Assembly: GCA_000165345.1 (NCBI GenBank)
Contig: CM000434.1
Span: 416,001-480,000, forward strand
Reading direction: 5' to 3'
Length of the DNA stretch: 64,000 nt
Part shown: piece by piece, positions 38,167-49,236 of the stretch
Numbering within the stretch: position 1 is the first letter of the stretch
How the letters are laid out: each line of letters begins with the position of its first letter
The notes under the pieces: model-generated
What the model saw: the letters and a program-made list of their open reading frames with translations, nothing else
Databases searched by the model: none
Told to the model about the DNA's origin: nothing
Made by a program: the position numbers and the translations under genes

Positions 38167-41100
38167 TTAATCGAATAATGAAGTATCATATCTCTTTCTC
38201 TTTTTTACTTCTGGCATTATCTCTTCAAATAAAAAACCTTCAATTACTTCGCTATTTTCTGAATATAAATTGACAAAATTTACCCCATTTGATGAAATTC
38301 CCAAAAATTGTATAAGTAACTTGACAACTTCAAGAAAATAATTTCTTGAATAAATAACTTTTTTATCTAAAGAAAAAGTAAAACATTTGTTGAAAATATT
38401 AATAAAATTGAACTCCAAGGATACTTTTATTTCACCTATCTTATGAACAACTGAGAAGGGGATATTAGTTTGTAGAAAACTCCCTAATTGCCTTTCTAAT
38501 TGCTTTATAACGCTTAAAGGAATGCATTGCGCAAACTCACTTTTAAGTTGTGATTTTTTATGTTCTGAGCTGACTATTTCGTATTTATAGAATATAATAA
38601 CTAAACCGAACAAACTTGAGAATAGTTTGCCATCCACTGGAAGACCTATTTCATCAACAAAATTAAATATGTCAAGAATATTATTCAAAATCTTTAATAT
38701 AATATTTAATGATATATTAAAGTGCCCAGACTCAGAAATGTCATTCCAGTTGATAATGCCAATATCGATTAAATTGGTATTAATTCCTTTCTTATTATTG
38801 TTTTTAATTTGATCATTTATTAGATACTCAAACTTTTCAACTGCTGGTAGTTGCCTAATTGATTTAAACTCATTTATCAATAAGTCAATTAAGTGATCTA
38901 ATATTTGATTTAAATTCACTAAATAATAATATGAGATATCACTTAAATTAGCAAAATTATCACATTTTGTATCTAATAATGAATTATAAATTGGGAAAAA
39001 AATAGGAGAGCTATAGCGGTCATCCAATGTTAGATCTTTGTTGAAACATGCGAAAATCTCTGTTTCAGAATTTATGCAGTTATACAATATATTGTTCATA
39101 TCGAAAGTAATCTCATTCTTGATCACCAAAATTAACATTGAAGGAACTAACATAAACTTATATTTATAACATAAATACTTTCTGTTTCTTCTTAGATACA
39201 AACCATTATAATGATCATTAATCAATTTATTAGTTTCAAGCCCCCAAAAGTTCATGACTTTCTTATTCAATAAAAGGAACTTTTGATAATATAAAAGCAG
39301 ATTTGTTGAATTTTCTCCTAAAAGAATATAGTTAATCATTGAGAAATAGGAAAATGATTGGTTTATAATAGGCGTAAATATACTTTGTGTTAACTTATTT
39401 TTTTTTAAAGTTGTTTGGCTAGAATTTAACTCATCAAAAATTAATTCATTTATCATTTCTGTAATGCTATAATTATTAATCGAATGAGAGTTGATTTTAA
39501 TTAAATCCTTAAACTCTGCAATTTCATTGTCATTGATTGGAAATGATTTATTTGTGATAAAAAGGACAATAAATTGCTTAATTGATTGAAGATTAATGAA
39601 TGATTTATAAAAATAAAATAGTATACCGGCAAGATTTGTACTTAAATTTGAATATGAAATATTAATATTTTTTAAAATATCATTTATTTGGCTCTTCATA
39701 AATCCAATCTTGTTGTATAATGGGTTCTTCTCGGGAAATTTATTCAAATAAATATTGAAAAATAATATATAAATAGTTATTAATCTTGAATTAAAAAACT
39801 TAGTTATCTCAATACCAGAATGTTTTTCATAGTTCTTGAAAAATGTATCTATTTCATCTGTATTTCCACTTAAAATCAAATAACAAATAATTAATGATTC
39901 GATTGAAAGGTAATATGAATTTTTTAATTCAGTTATTGCAGCTTCAACATGATTATGGTTGTCTACAGGGCTGTATATAAATGAAGAAATCATTATTTTT
40001 GCAAGCTTGAATCTTGCTTTTGATTCTAATAATGATGGAAGCCAAACACAATTTTGGATTTGAGAGAAAGAATTTGTATAAATACAGTACCACTTTTTTT
40101 CTTCATTGGAAATTTTTGGTATAAATTCTGTAAACAAAGTTTTTCTTAATTTTGATATTACTTGAATTAAATTGATAAGTAAATCTTTTTCGAAACTTCT
40201 TGGAAATATTTCATTATTGAAGTTATGTTTAGATAGAACTTTAACTTTATTCAAGTATATTAACAAATATTTAGCGTTAGTTTTTCCATAAACGCTTTTA
40301 ATATTAATAAGCCTAATTATTAGTTGATCAAATGAAGCTGAAAGTATATTATTTACAATCTGAGAATAGGGTATTTGTATATTTCTTTCAGGCTTAAGGA
40401 AAAATTTGATTTCGCACTGAAGTAAGTAAATTAATTGGGCAACCATTCTTTTTATGAATACAGGAAAATTTCTTTCTAGTCTTTGAAAAGTATCATAATC
40501 ATCTAGTTCACAGATAATTTGTTTCAATACATTATTGCAGCATGTAACTATATTTAAATCATAATTATCCATTAAAAAAAGATTCATATTTAGTAATTTC
40601 AAATATTTGAACAATGTGCTAAGGCTAAGTTGTATATTATTATTTCCTGTTACTCCAAATCTACCTGGACTCCATAAGCTCGATGATCTATCCATATATG
40701 AGACAGGTATGCAGGAAATGAAACAATCTTTTATAAATCTGAAAGGAATAAATTTTTGAATATTATTTTTCCAATTAATTTTAAGAAAAATATTATCTCC
40801 ATTAGGAAAAGAAATCAAGTTTTCTACCTTGCTTCTAATTTGAACTAAAGTTTCATCCAAAAATTCATTGCTTAAATATTTAATATCCAAATTCGATTTC
40901 ATAAACCTATCCAAAAGAATTGTATAGTAATATTTAGAGTATAAAAGTGGCTCTAATGAAGCAATAACTAAATTATTTTCTTTTATGTAGATTGAAATTT
41001 CGTCAAACAATAGATCTTCAAAACCATGTTTTTCCACCTCAAATTCATCCATTTCAAAGTTTGAAAATGAAGGGGAAAGAACCATAATATTGTCATAGTA

Positions 41101-44100
41101 ATTTAATATTTGATCAGAAACTTGCGAATTATAGAGGATTGAAGAAAAATCATCTTGAAGAAGAGTTTTCCCAGTAGTATCAAAATAAAATTTTTCACTA
41201 TTCATTATCTCACTTAAGGTTTCCATAAATAATGGATATATTAATGGAGATGAAATAATATTCCAGATATTGCCGGCATCTGCTTCTTTTAAGTTATTTA
41301 AATTGAAAAATAGTCTTTCAACTAGTCCTATGATTGATGTATAAAACTTTACTTTACTATCTGAGTATTGTCTTTCCGTTAAAGAAGTACAGTTAATTAA
41401 TGTTTGAAAGATATTGCAAGAGAGAATAATTAATGGTGAATATGGAGAAATATATTCTAAAATTCCAGATGAACGAAATTCATTATTTTTTATTAAATTA
41501 ATTATCCAATTAATGAATAAATTCTTGAAATTTGTTTCATTTGAAACTAATATTTTTAGATCAAATAAATAATCATATATTTGAGATTGATTATAAATTG
41601 CCATCTTATTAAACGGCATCGAGGGTAATGGGCAAACTGGAAGTCCATAAAGAAGCTGAAATTGTATTCCTAGCAATTCTAAATATTCAGTTTCTTGTTC
41701 AGGAAATAAACAGTATTTTTCTAACTCAATCTTTTCATATAATTTTTTCATATTCAAATTGCAAAATAGTGCTGAATAATTTTTGACTACTTTTCTACAA
41801 TTATGGTATAATAAATTCCAATTTTTTAAGTGACTATTTGTTTTATATACTTGAACAAAAGTATAAATTTCCTTGAACCAATTTTCAATAACTGAAAGAT
41901 TAGAAAATAAGCCGTACTTTATTGTTATAGTTAATAGTAGCACTTTTGTGCTCAAGGTTGAATTAAAAAATTTATCAAATTGTTCATTTATCATTACCTC
42001 ATTAATGTCATAAATGCCTTCAAAATCAAAAGTCTGTTCCTCAATAATTGGAAATAAAATGCAATAATTGTTCAAAATATGTCTTTTAAATGTATCCTCT
42101 TCGGATTGTTTAGTATAAACTTTTGTTTCTTTTTGCTCTTTATTTTCATCCTTAACAAATTCAAATGAAAACTCCAAATATGTAAGATATCTTATTAGGT
42201 TAATTATTGAATTTGAAGATATTTCTTCTATAGTGCTTGAATATTTGAAAAAATCGAATAAAGCTATTAGAAGATTAATTAAGTTTTTCATGACTAATAT
42301 ATTCAATTTATTTGCTGATAAATTATTCATAAAAACCTTATGAATACATGAGATATTTATTAATATAGTTTCCATCGTTAGCTTATGCAATGGTTTTTTA
42401 GATAATTTACTTATATTTATCAAATTTAATTCATAAATCTCTGTAATTTTTATTATTAATTTTGTAATATTCGAAATTATAGAATTTACTATAATGTTGT
42501 TAAAATATAAATATTGTATATCTTTATTAATAATAAGTACCAAATTTTTTAACAATGAAATTAAAAATTCGCAAAAGTTTTCAGATAGATCAAATCGTTC
42601 AAATTTTTTAATCCATTGATTAATATCTAATATTATGCTATTTGTATGCTGAAGAAATTTATGATCAATTATTTCATTTCTCAAATTGCAATTTATTTTT
42701 TTCATCTGCATGTATTCAAGATAATTATTGTCTAAAAATACTGAATAATTTGCAATAATATCATAAGTGGGAAATTCATGGCTGCATTTTGAATTATAAA
42801 TGCTAATCCAGTTTGAAAATTTTTCTTTAATTGTCCTGATACTATTATCTGAAAGAAGCTTTAGAGCAAACCCAGTTGAAATAATTCCACCTTGATTATT
42901 TTGATCTAAATCTGAAAATAGCTTTAATATCAAATTAATATTTCCAGCGTATCCGCTTATTTTCATTAGATCCTCTTTTAAAAAAAATACAAGTTCATCT
43001 TCCAAGTAAATTTTTACTATAGGTATTTCAATCACTTTAAATATTATTAATAATTTTTTTGTTGAGAGATCGATTTCAGAAATTAAATAATTATTTAATT
43101 TTTCTTTTATTATAGTGAAAGTGTCCAGTAAATACAAAAAATTTGATTTTAACTCATTATAAAAAGATATTTGTATGTTACTTTTAGTATTTGAAATAAT
43201 ATTATTGGTGACGAAAATAAAAATAATTAAAGTTTTCATAATACTGTAAAATAGCAATAAAATTTCTTTCTGAATTTGTTTGTTAACTTGAAAAAGTAAA
43301 TAATAAAGTTTGCTTGTAAGTTTTGAGCAAAGGTAGTTTTTATCAAAAATCCTTGATTTGTGATTTGAACATTGAAATCTAATCGTTGGTTTATCATTAT
43401 ATCTATGAAATTTTGTAAAATCAACTATATTTGTTATTATTCCCATTGTATATTTGAATAACTTTTCTGTAATACTAAATAACAAACTGCTAATTGTTTC
43501 AGAAGTAATTATTATATCTTCATTCTTTGTTGAGAATATAAACTTCTGTATTTTGTTTAATAAATTATTAGAATTTAATAAAAATTCATCGACTGATGTT
43601 AGAAGGTTACCTGAAAGAAATGAAAACCTATTATCAACTTCAAAAATATGTTGCTCATCAAAATTCATAAGAAATTTGTGCCTTAAATTATCAAATAATT
43701 GTTTTATATCTTGAAAACTAACATATTTTGTCTCTAGCATAGCTGAATATTGCTCTGTTATAAAGTTTGTTTCATGAACAATCATTTCATCAAATTGTTC
43801 TATAGAAGGAAAATTGTTATTTAAATTTAAACTAAAAATATTATCGCACTTCATCTCTTCTTTTTTTAAAACACTTAAAATAAGATTGTAGCAATAATAC
43901 GGGATTGTTTGGATCCAAATCTTATATTGCTTATCATTATATTTAGGAAATGTTACAGTATTACTTGAAATATCAATAATTATCTTTTTTAATGGATTGT
44001 CTAATTCCAATAATAAATCACGTTCAATAACTTCTTTATTCAAATTAACATTTGGTAAATCATTATTAACGTTTTTGCTTCTTGTTCTTCTATCAGAATT

Positions 44101-45270
44101 CACCTTAAATTCGTTTTTGTAATTTGATAAATTTAATTTAGCACTTAAATCATTTATGTAGTCTTCTAGAAGTTGGAAAGGCTCAAAGCTTATATATAAG
44201 TTATTTATCCCAAATAAAGAAATAATTTGTTTAAAGTATGAAAAAATATTGTTTGAATCATCTTGAATTGACTTAGAAATGTTTCCTATTGATTTTATGT
44301 AATTTTCTTCAAAGTTGGTATTTGTTATATATCTTTCAATTTCAAGACACTTTTTTTCGTATTTCTTACAACATTCTATTCTTAATAATATATTTTCGAA
44401 AATCTTATTATATTTCTCTTGAAGTGCCAATTTAGGAGATGTGCCTTTAACTTTTAGTTCTCTATAGATTTTGATAAGTGAATACTTTATCTCCTTAATT
44501 GTCTCGGTGTAATTACTGTGATCTGATAATTCAAAGTTATCTTCATCTAAAATCATGGAGCATAATTTCTGCAACTTAAGTTCTTTTAACATAAGATCTC
44601 CAAATATATGGTCATTATTCTTATTTGCTGAAATTGAATTCCTTATATTAAATAAATTCCAAGAACTGAAAAAATCAAATAAATATTCACAATTCACTAT
44701 AATTTTTTTATTAAATATTTCTTCTTCCGAATAATCACCCAAAATCCTCTCCAGAACAATACTACATTCCAAAAAATCGCCTTGATAGAATAAAACTTTG
44801 CAAAGTAATTTAAATAGAACATTTTCTTCTTCAAGGCTTGAATTCATTTTTTCCAATTTATTTTCTCGTTGGCAAATAAGAAACTCTATACAAAATCTAC
44901 AAAGTTTTAAAACATTTGTGGTTCTTCCATCTAATGCTTCAATAAAACTATTTCTTTTTAAAACATTATTTTCTCCAGAAAATGATATAGAATTAAATAT
45001 TCTATAATATCTATCCAAAATTTCAACCCCAATGTTTGCAATGGTTTTGCAGGTATTTAGCCTTGCATTACCATCATAAATATCATCTTTGAATAATGAA
45101 AAAAGCTTTTTTGATTCATTTTCGAAAGACAGTAATATGTCATAGTTACATAATTGTTCAATATTCATAGCAAATAGTCTATTAAAAAGTATAAATTGAA
45201 TTTCATGTATTCCCGCATCAACTTGAAAAGTAACATTTATTATTAACAATCCTTCTAAAGAAAGATGCAA
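38167..45270 (-). CDS. Very large hypothetical protein (2367 aa), helical-repeat-like, no recognisable catalytic domain
   Basis: Single 7.1-kb uninterrupted ORF. Composition like neighbouring genes. Long stretches of predicted amphipathic helices; no kinase/ATPase/Sec7/RING motifs seen. Confidence 0.6.
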   Translation of the reverse strand: MHLSLEGLLIINVTFQVDAGIHEIQFILFNRLFAMNIEQLCNYDILLSFENESKKLFSLFKDDIYDGNARLNTCKTIANIGVEILDRYYRIFNSISFSGENNVLKRNSFIEALDGRTTNVLKLCRFCIEFLICQRENKLEKMNSSLEEENVLFKLLCKVLFYQGDFLECSIVLERILGDYSEEEIFNKKIIVNCEYLFDFFSSWNLFNIRNSISANKNNDHIFGDLMLKELKLQKLCSMILDEDNFELSDHSNYTETIKEIKYSLIKIYRELKVKGTSPKLALQEKYNKIFENILLRIECCKKYEKKCLEIERYITNTNFEENYIKSIGNISKSIQDDSNNIFSYFKQIISLFGINNLYISFEPFQLLEDYINDLSAKLNLSNYKNEFKVNSDRRTRSKNVNNDLPNVNLNKEVIERDLLLELDNPLKKIIIDISSNTVTFPKYNDKQYKIWIQTIPYYCYNLILSVLKKEEMKCDNIFSLNLNNNFPSIEQFDEMIVHETNFITEQYSAMLETKYVSFQDIKQLFDNLRHKFLMNFDEQHIFEVDNRFSFLSGNLLTSVDEFLLNSNNLLNKIQKFIFSTKNEDIIITSETISSLLFSITEKLFKYTMGIITNIVDFTKFHRYNDKPTIRFQCSNHKSRIFDKNYLCSKLTSKLYYLLFQVNKQIQKEILLLFYSIMKTLIIFIFVTNNIISNTKSNIQISFYNELKSNFLYLLDTFTIIKEKLNNYLISEIDLSTKKLLIIFKVIEIPIVKIYLEDELVFFLKEDLMKISGYAGNINLILKLFSDLDQNNQGGIISTGFALKLLSDNSIRTIKEKFSNWISIYNSKCSHEFPTYDIIANYSVFLDNNYLEYMQMKKINCNLRNEIIDHKFLQHTNSIILDINQWIKKFERFDLSENFCEFLISLLKNLVLIINKDIQYLYFNNIIVNSIISNITKLIIKITEIYELNLINISKLSKKPLHKLTMETILINISCIHKVFMNNLSANKLNILVMKNLINLLIALFDFFKYSSTIEEISSNSIINLIRYLTYLEFSFEFVKDENKEQKETKVYTKQSEEDTFKRHILNNYCILFPIIEEQTFDFEGIYDINEVMINEQFDKFFNSTLSTKVLLLTITIKYGLFSNLSVIENWFKEIYTFVQVYKTNSHLKNWNLLYHNCRKVVKNYSALFCNLNMKKLYEKIELEKYCLFPEQETEYLELLGIQFQLLYGLPVCPLPSMPFNKMAIYNQSQIYDYLFDLKILVSNETNFKNLFINWIINLIKNNEFRSSGILEYISPYSPLIILSCNIFQTLINCTSLTERQYSDSKVKFYTSIIGLVERLFFNLNNLKEADAGNIWNIISSPLIYPLFMETLSEIMNSEKFYFDTTGKTLLQDDFSSILYNSQVSDQILNYYDNIMVLSPSFSNFEMDEFEVEKHGFEDLLFDEISIYIKENNLVIASLEPLLYSKYYYTILLDRFMKSNLDIKYLSNEFLDETLVQIRSKVENLISFPNGDNIFLKINWKNNIQKFIPFRFIKDCFISCIPVSYMDRSSSLWSPGRFGVTGNNNIQLSLSTLFKYLKLLNMNLFLMDNYDLNIVTCCNNVLKQIICELDDYDTFQRLERNFPVFIKRMVAQLIYLLQCEIKFFLKPERNIQIPYSQIVNNILSASFDQLIIRLINIKSVYGKTNAKYLLIYLNKVKVLSKHNFNNEIFPRSFEKDLLINLIQVISKLRKTLFTEFIPKISNEEKKWYCIYTNSFSQIQNCVWLPSLLESKARFKLAKIMISSFIYSPVDNHNHVEAAITELKNSYYLSIESLIICYLILSGNTDEIDTFFKNYEKHSGIEITKFFNSRLITIYILFFNIYLNKFPEKNPLYNKIGFMKSQINDILKNINISYSNLSTNLAGILFYFYKSFINLQSIKQFIVLFITNKSFPINDNEIAEFKDLIKINSHSINNYSITEMINELIFDELNSSQTTLKKNKLTQSIFTPIINQSFSYFSMINYILLGENSTNLLLYYQKFLLLNKKVMNFWGLETNKLINDHYNGLYLRRNRKYLCYKYKFMLVPSMLILVIKNEITFDMNNILYNCINSETEIFACFNKDLTLDDRYSSPIFFPIYNSLLDTKCDNFANLSDISYYYLVNLNQILDHLIDLLINEFKSIRQLPAVEKFEYLINDQIKNNNKKGINTNLIDIGIINWNDISESGHFNISLNIILKILNNILDIFNFVDEIGLPVDGKLFSSLFGLVIIFYKYEIVSSEHKKSQLKSEFAQCIPLSVIKQLERQLGSFLQTNIPFSVVHKIGEIKVSLEFNFINIFNKCFTFSLDKKVIYSRNYFLEVVKLLIQFLGISSNGVNFVNLYSENSEVIEGFLFEEIMPEVKKRKRYDTSLFD

Positions 45271-45485
45271 TTATTAAAATTATAAGCTTTAACTTTAAGA
45301 ACTATTTCCAATGTTTCTAAGTGATTTATTGTGTTATATTGAGATTAAATTAATCATAATAAAGACTAAAAGCCGCAAATTTATTCACTACTTTATGTTA
45401 TAGCAATTTTTCGGCGCATATAATACGTGTAATAATACCGATTGTTAAATATCGCACATTTCTTATATAAAGACATTCAATAATC

Positions 45486-46106
45486 ATGAAACATACAAAA
45501 TATCTACTATTGTTGCTTACTCCTACATTCTTAGTATATTGTTCAAATATAACTCCCAAATTGGAAAATGATACTTTTATAGACGCTTTAGACAAGGATT
45601 TGTCTGAGAATGAAAAAGAAAAAAAAATGACAGTTTGTTTTGAACTAACACAAAAGGAATTCATAGAGAAACGTGATGTTTATCAGAAGATAGCTGCTTC
45701 AATAAAAGATAAAGAGTCAATAACTTCTAATGATGCGCTTAGAGCGCTTTTCCATCAGAACCTCATTACTTGCTACTTCAACTCAAATATAAAAGATATA
45801 AATTCTGTCATTAATAGAAATATACCGAAAGAAGGGATCGCGAAGATGTTTACAGTTAGTGAAAACACCCCACTAAGATTTTCGTCCAATCAATTAAAGA
45901 TTCTTGAACGAGTTATCTCAATGAGTACAAAAAATACAGGCAAACAAATTTCTGGAGGAATTGCAAAACAATTAAGTGGGTTTTATGGGCATTTATATTT
46001 CATTTTTGCGCTACTTCTAATTGGAGTTTCATTTTATTTTGCTCTAGATCGTCTGAATAAAAGCATTAAAGGCGCTAAAGGAAAGATAACTAAAAAGAAC
46101 AAATAA
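45486..46106 (+). CDS. Hypothetical small type-I membrane/secreted protein (206 aa)
   Basis: N-terminal signal peptide MKHTKYLLLLLTPTFLVYCSNITP and a single C-terminal TM (HLYFIFALLLIGVSFYFAL) followed by a short Lys-rich cytoplasmic tail. Confidence 0.4.
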   Translation: MKHTKYLLLLLTPTFLVYCSNITPKLENDTFIDALDKDLSENEKEKKMTVCFELTQKEFIEKRDVYQKIAASIKDKESITSNDALRALFHQNLITCYFNSNIKDINSVINRNIPKEGIAKMFTVSENTPLRFSSNQLKILERVISMSTKNTGKQISGGIAKQLSGFYGHLYFIFALLLIGVSFYFALDRLNKSIKGAKGKITKKNK

Positions 46107-46139
46107 GCTCTAAAAGAATAATCCTTGATTAAATTAACA

Positions 46140-49100
46140 CTATTGCCATTGTATGGGTTGGGATTCATTAGCTGAGTTGATTTTACTATTATCAATTTCC
46201 CAGGTTCTTCCTCTTCTAACTTGTTCTCCTTTTGAAAAGGTGATTTTGGATTTTCCTTCGATTTGTTTGTTTCCTTCAGGATTTTTTCTTGCAATAAGTG
46301 CAATAGGATCAATTACTTGGTATAATTCTTTTGACCTTGTTGAGTTTAAGTCAAAAAACTGTACAGAGGTTTTCACTGGAATGAACCAAGGAAAGCTATT
46401 CTCTATTGTAATCATTGATTCTGTAGTTCGTATTCCAAAAAGTGATTTAATGCAAAATGATTCATCGCATATGTATTCACATTTATCGATTTTTATAGAA
46501 CCTCCATTTTCGGAAATAAAAAGTGGAATATTGGATTTTTCTGAAGATGTGTTTGTTGTATTTTTTCTTGAAATCAAATAATTAACTTGAAGATTTTCAA
46601 TATATATTTTTGATGAATCTTGCGACACTAAAGTTGTCGGATAGGAAATTACAGCGCTTTTAGCAATAAAAACACCACCATCGTCAGTAAACACATCTCC
46701 CTTAATAATTGTTTTATCACAATTCAGTATTGAAAATTCATCTACCATAATTCCACTATTTACTTCTAATAAATATCTTTCAGAAACATTCATGAGTGAA
46801 TTTCCTTGTAGTACAACTACTTTATTAATATTTACTTGATACTGCTGAATTGCATTATTTTCCCTTTTAATATTTATTATTGAACCGGATGTTAATATTA
46901 CGCTTTCGATTGAAATGCTTCCTTCGAAGACAAGCATTTCAGAAAATGTGTCAATTGTAAGATTGCCATTAATTAGAAGATTGATTGGAATTTTATTTCT
47001 AAACAGAAATAAATCCGTAAATTCATTTCCTTTTTCTCCATTTACCACTGTTAAAGACTTCGTCGACATACCCAAGCTCCCCTGATTAATATAAATTTGT
47101 TCTACTTCAAGATAGCTTTTCATAATTAAAACAACATTTCCATTTTTCACAATTAATTTCCCGTTAATTATAAATATGCCATTAGAAATGAAAAAACTCT
47201 TATAATCGTTAGATTTTACTTCAAAGCTTGGATTTACACTATTAATTATTAAATTACCTTTATTTATAAAAAAGCTAGATTTTCTTGTTGAAATAAATGA
47301 TTTCCCAACTTCCATACTTTCTCCTAATAGAAAACTCCCTTCAATTAAATCTACATGCTCATTTACCTTCAAACTACCATTAGCAATGAACATATTACTT
47401 GAATTTGATACAAGTATTGAACCAAGAATACAGTGTTGATATCTCTCACAATTATTATTTGAATTATTATTGCTATTTGAGTCATTTGAATGACCTAAAA
47501 TTAGGATTTCTGATCCGTCACTAATGACAGCATTTTCAAAAATACTAACTTTGCCCATGGACAAAAACTCAGATCCATCATTTATTTCAATTGAGCCTTG
47601 CACAAATACTTCTCCATAAATTGTAGCAGCTGATGCTGAAACAACTTGGAAAAATCCTGCCATTTTATCATTTATTTCTGTATATTGTGTACTGCTTATA
47701 CCAAAAATACTTGAAATATTATAGCTATTATGATAATATTCTATATTTTCAATGCTTTGGTTCAGTATTTTAAGAGAGTCAGCGTAAAATGTAGACGAAT
47801 CTCTTATTGATGCAATGTGTAGCATTACATTCCCACCTATTCGAATTTTAGAACCGGAATGTAACAATAAAATACTATTAATTTTTAATTCTCCCTTTTT
47901 CACGATAACAACTGATGATCTAATTAAAGATAGCCTGCTTGTAAAGATAGATGAATTCATCATATGAAGGCTTCCGGAATCCCTAATATGTATGCCTAGC
48001 CCATGCGTAGTGTTAGTTTTCAAATTACCGCAAGTACCAAAAACAAGGCCTGCATCAGAAATAACGACTTCGCCAGCACTAATATCGCCTCTTACCCATA
48101 ATTTACCACTATTTCCGACATATATCTTTCTCCCAGACCATAGAGAGCCCAAGTTCTGTTCTTTTGTTTCACTTTCATTGGATTTGGAACTATCTTGAAA
48201 TTGATTTTGAACAATATTATTATCAAATGTATTTAAACAACTGTTAGAGGCATGAAAAAGTTTAACTCTAGTGATAGAAAAAGGGTTCCAGCTATCTGAT
48301 CCACTATTATTCTGATATACATCAGAAAATAAATATAGAACTCCAATAAATAGATTAGATGACAGATCCACCTGTAAATCTGCGGTGTAGACATTTTTTC
48401 CAACAATCAATTTCCCAATGACTATTAAGTTAGAAAATGGAAGTATCATTGAGCCTCTTACAGTTAAACCTTTCCTAATAATACACCTTCTTTTTGAGTG
48501 TATTGGTTGAGTTTTACCAACTGACAAATTTTGAGCTTCAAGTGCATCAAACGAAGTCAGAGTATTTAGCTGACCATTTGCAACAATAAGATCTCCACAT
48601 ATTAAGACATCGCCATCAACAATAACTGAGACACAATTTGAATCTTCGAGAACCAAATCTTCATTTTCATAATTCAATATTATATCCCCGGAATCGGAAT
48701 AGGAATATTCGTTTGAATTATATGAATATGCAATTGGAGAAGGATCGAAAGCATTTTCACAATAACTTCTTTCTTTCATATTTTCAAAACCTTTCAATCT
48801 TTTTTCGTTGCAATATTGATTCTTTATACCAGAAGTAGTTGGGCAGCTAAAGCCAATATTTCTGATTTGATCTGCTAATAGATCATACATTTGATTTACT
48901 TGATTAATATAAACCTTTTCTTTTGTATCATTGATTAATTTACGCAATTTTTCATGCTCCTCATTGAATTTAATCTCATATTTATTCATTAATTTTCTTT
49001 TTACTAAATTCTGAATTTCATTTTGATGAATCCTTTCTGATACTGTTATCGGATTGCTAAATTCATAATCAGGAATCCATGGTAGAGAATTTGCAACAAT

Positions 49101-49175
49101 AATTAGAGATAGGCATTGGATCACAAATATAAAAATTACGCGTGGTAATAATATCAAGTTGTCCCTAAAATTCAT
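46140..49175 (-). CDS. Large secreted/membrane-anchored protein with beta-solenoid (parallel beta-helix-like) repeats (1011 aa)
   Basis: N-terminal signal/anchor MNFRDNLILLPRVIFIFVIQCLSLIIVANS. Most of the protein consists of roughly 20-25-residue degenerate repeats rich in G/N/S/I/V with the pattern NGxLxIxGxxxI / GSxxIxxS (e.g. NGSLKVNEHVDLIEGSFLLGESMEVGKSFIS...GNLIINSVNPSFEV...NGIFIINGKLIVKNGNVVLI...INGNLTIDTFSEMLVFEGSISIESVILTSGSIINI). This is typical of right-handed beta-helix/adhesin-like passengers. Confidence 0.6.
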   Translation of the reverse strand: MNFRDNLILLPRVIFIFVIQCLSLIIVANSLPWIPDYEFSNPITVSERIHQNEIQNLVKRKLMNKYEIKFNEEHEKLRKLINDTKEKVYINQVNQMYDLLADQIRNIGFSCPTTSGIKNQYCNEKRLKGFENMKERSYCENAFDPSPIAYSYNSNEYSYSDSGDIILNYENEDLVLEDSNCVSVIVDGDVLICGDLIVANGQLNTLTSFDALEAQNLSVGKTQPIHSKRRCIIRKGLTVRGSMILPFSNLIVIGKLIVGKNVYTADLQVDLSSNLFIGVLYLFSDVYQNNSGSDSWNPFSITRVKLFHASNSCLNTFDNNIVQNQFQDSSKSNESETKEQNLGSLWSGRKIYVGNSGKLWVRGDISAGEVVISDAGLVFGTCGNLKTNTTHGLGIHIRDSGSLHMMNSSIFTSRLSLIRSSVVIVKKGELKINSILLLHSGSKIRIGGNVMLHIASIRDSSTFYADSLKILNQSIENIEYYHNSYNISSIFGISSTQYTEINDKMAGFFQVVSASAATIYGEVFVQGSIEINDGSEFLSMGKVSIFENAVISDGSEILILGHSNDSNSNNNSNNNCERYQHCILGSILVSNSSNMFIANGSLKVNEHVDLIEGSFLLGESMEVGKSFISTRKSSFFINKGNLIINSVNPSFEVKSNDYKSFFISNGIFIINGKLIVKNGNVVLIMKSYLEVEQIYINQGSLGMSTKSLTVVNGEKGNEFTDLFLFRNKIPINLLINGNLTIDTFSEMLVFEGSISIESVILTSGSIINIKRENNAIQQYQVNINKVVVLQGNSLMNVSERYLLEVNSGIMVDEFSILNCDKTIIKGDVFTDDGGVFIAKSAVISYPTTLVSQDSSKIYIENLQVNYLISRKNTTNTSSEKSNIPLFISENGGSIKIDKCEYICDESFCIKSLFGIRTTESMITIENSFPWFIPVKTSVQFFDLNSTRSKELYQVIDPIALIARKNPEGNKQIEGKSKITFSKGEQVRRGRTWEIDNSKINSANESQPIQWQ

Positions 49176-49236
49176 AAAGTTTTGTTTAATTTTTTTTTCG
49201 AAGTTTCAATTATGTTGCAGGATTGCATTGTCGGCG

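Noticed and set aside
45398-45664. 88-aa minus-strand ORF and 46034..46312 92-aa minus ORF near the small secreted protein gene
   Set aside because: Overlap the + strand signal-peptide/TM protein ORF or its flanks without features; likely noise, though not formally excluded.
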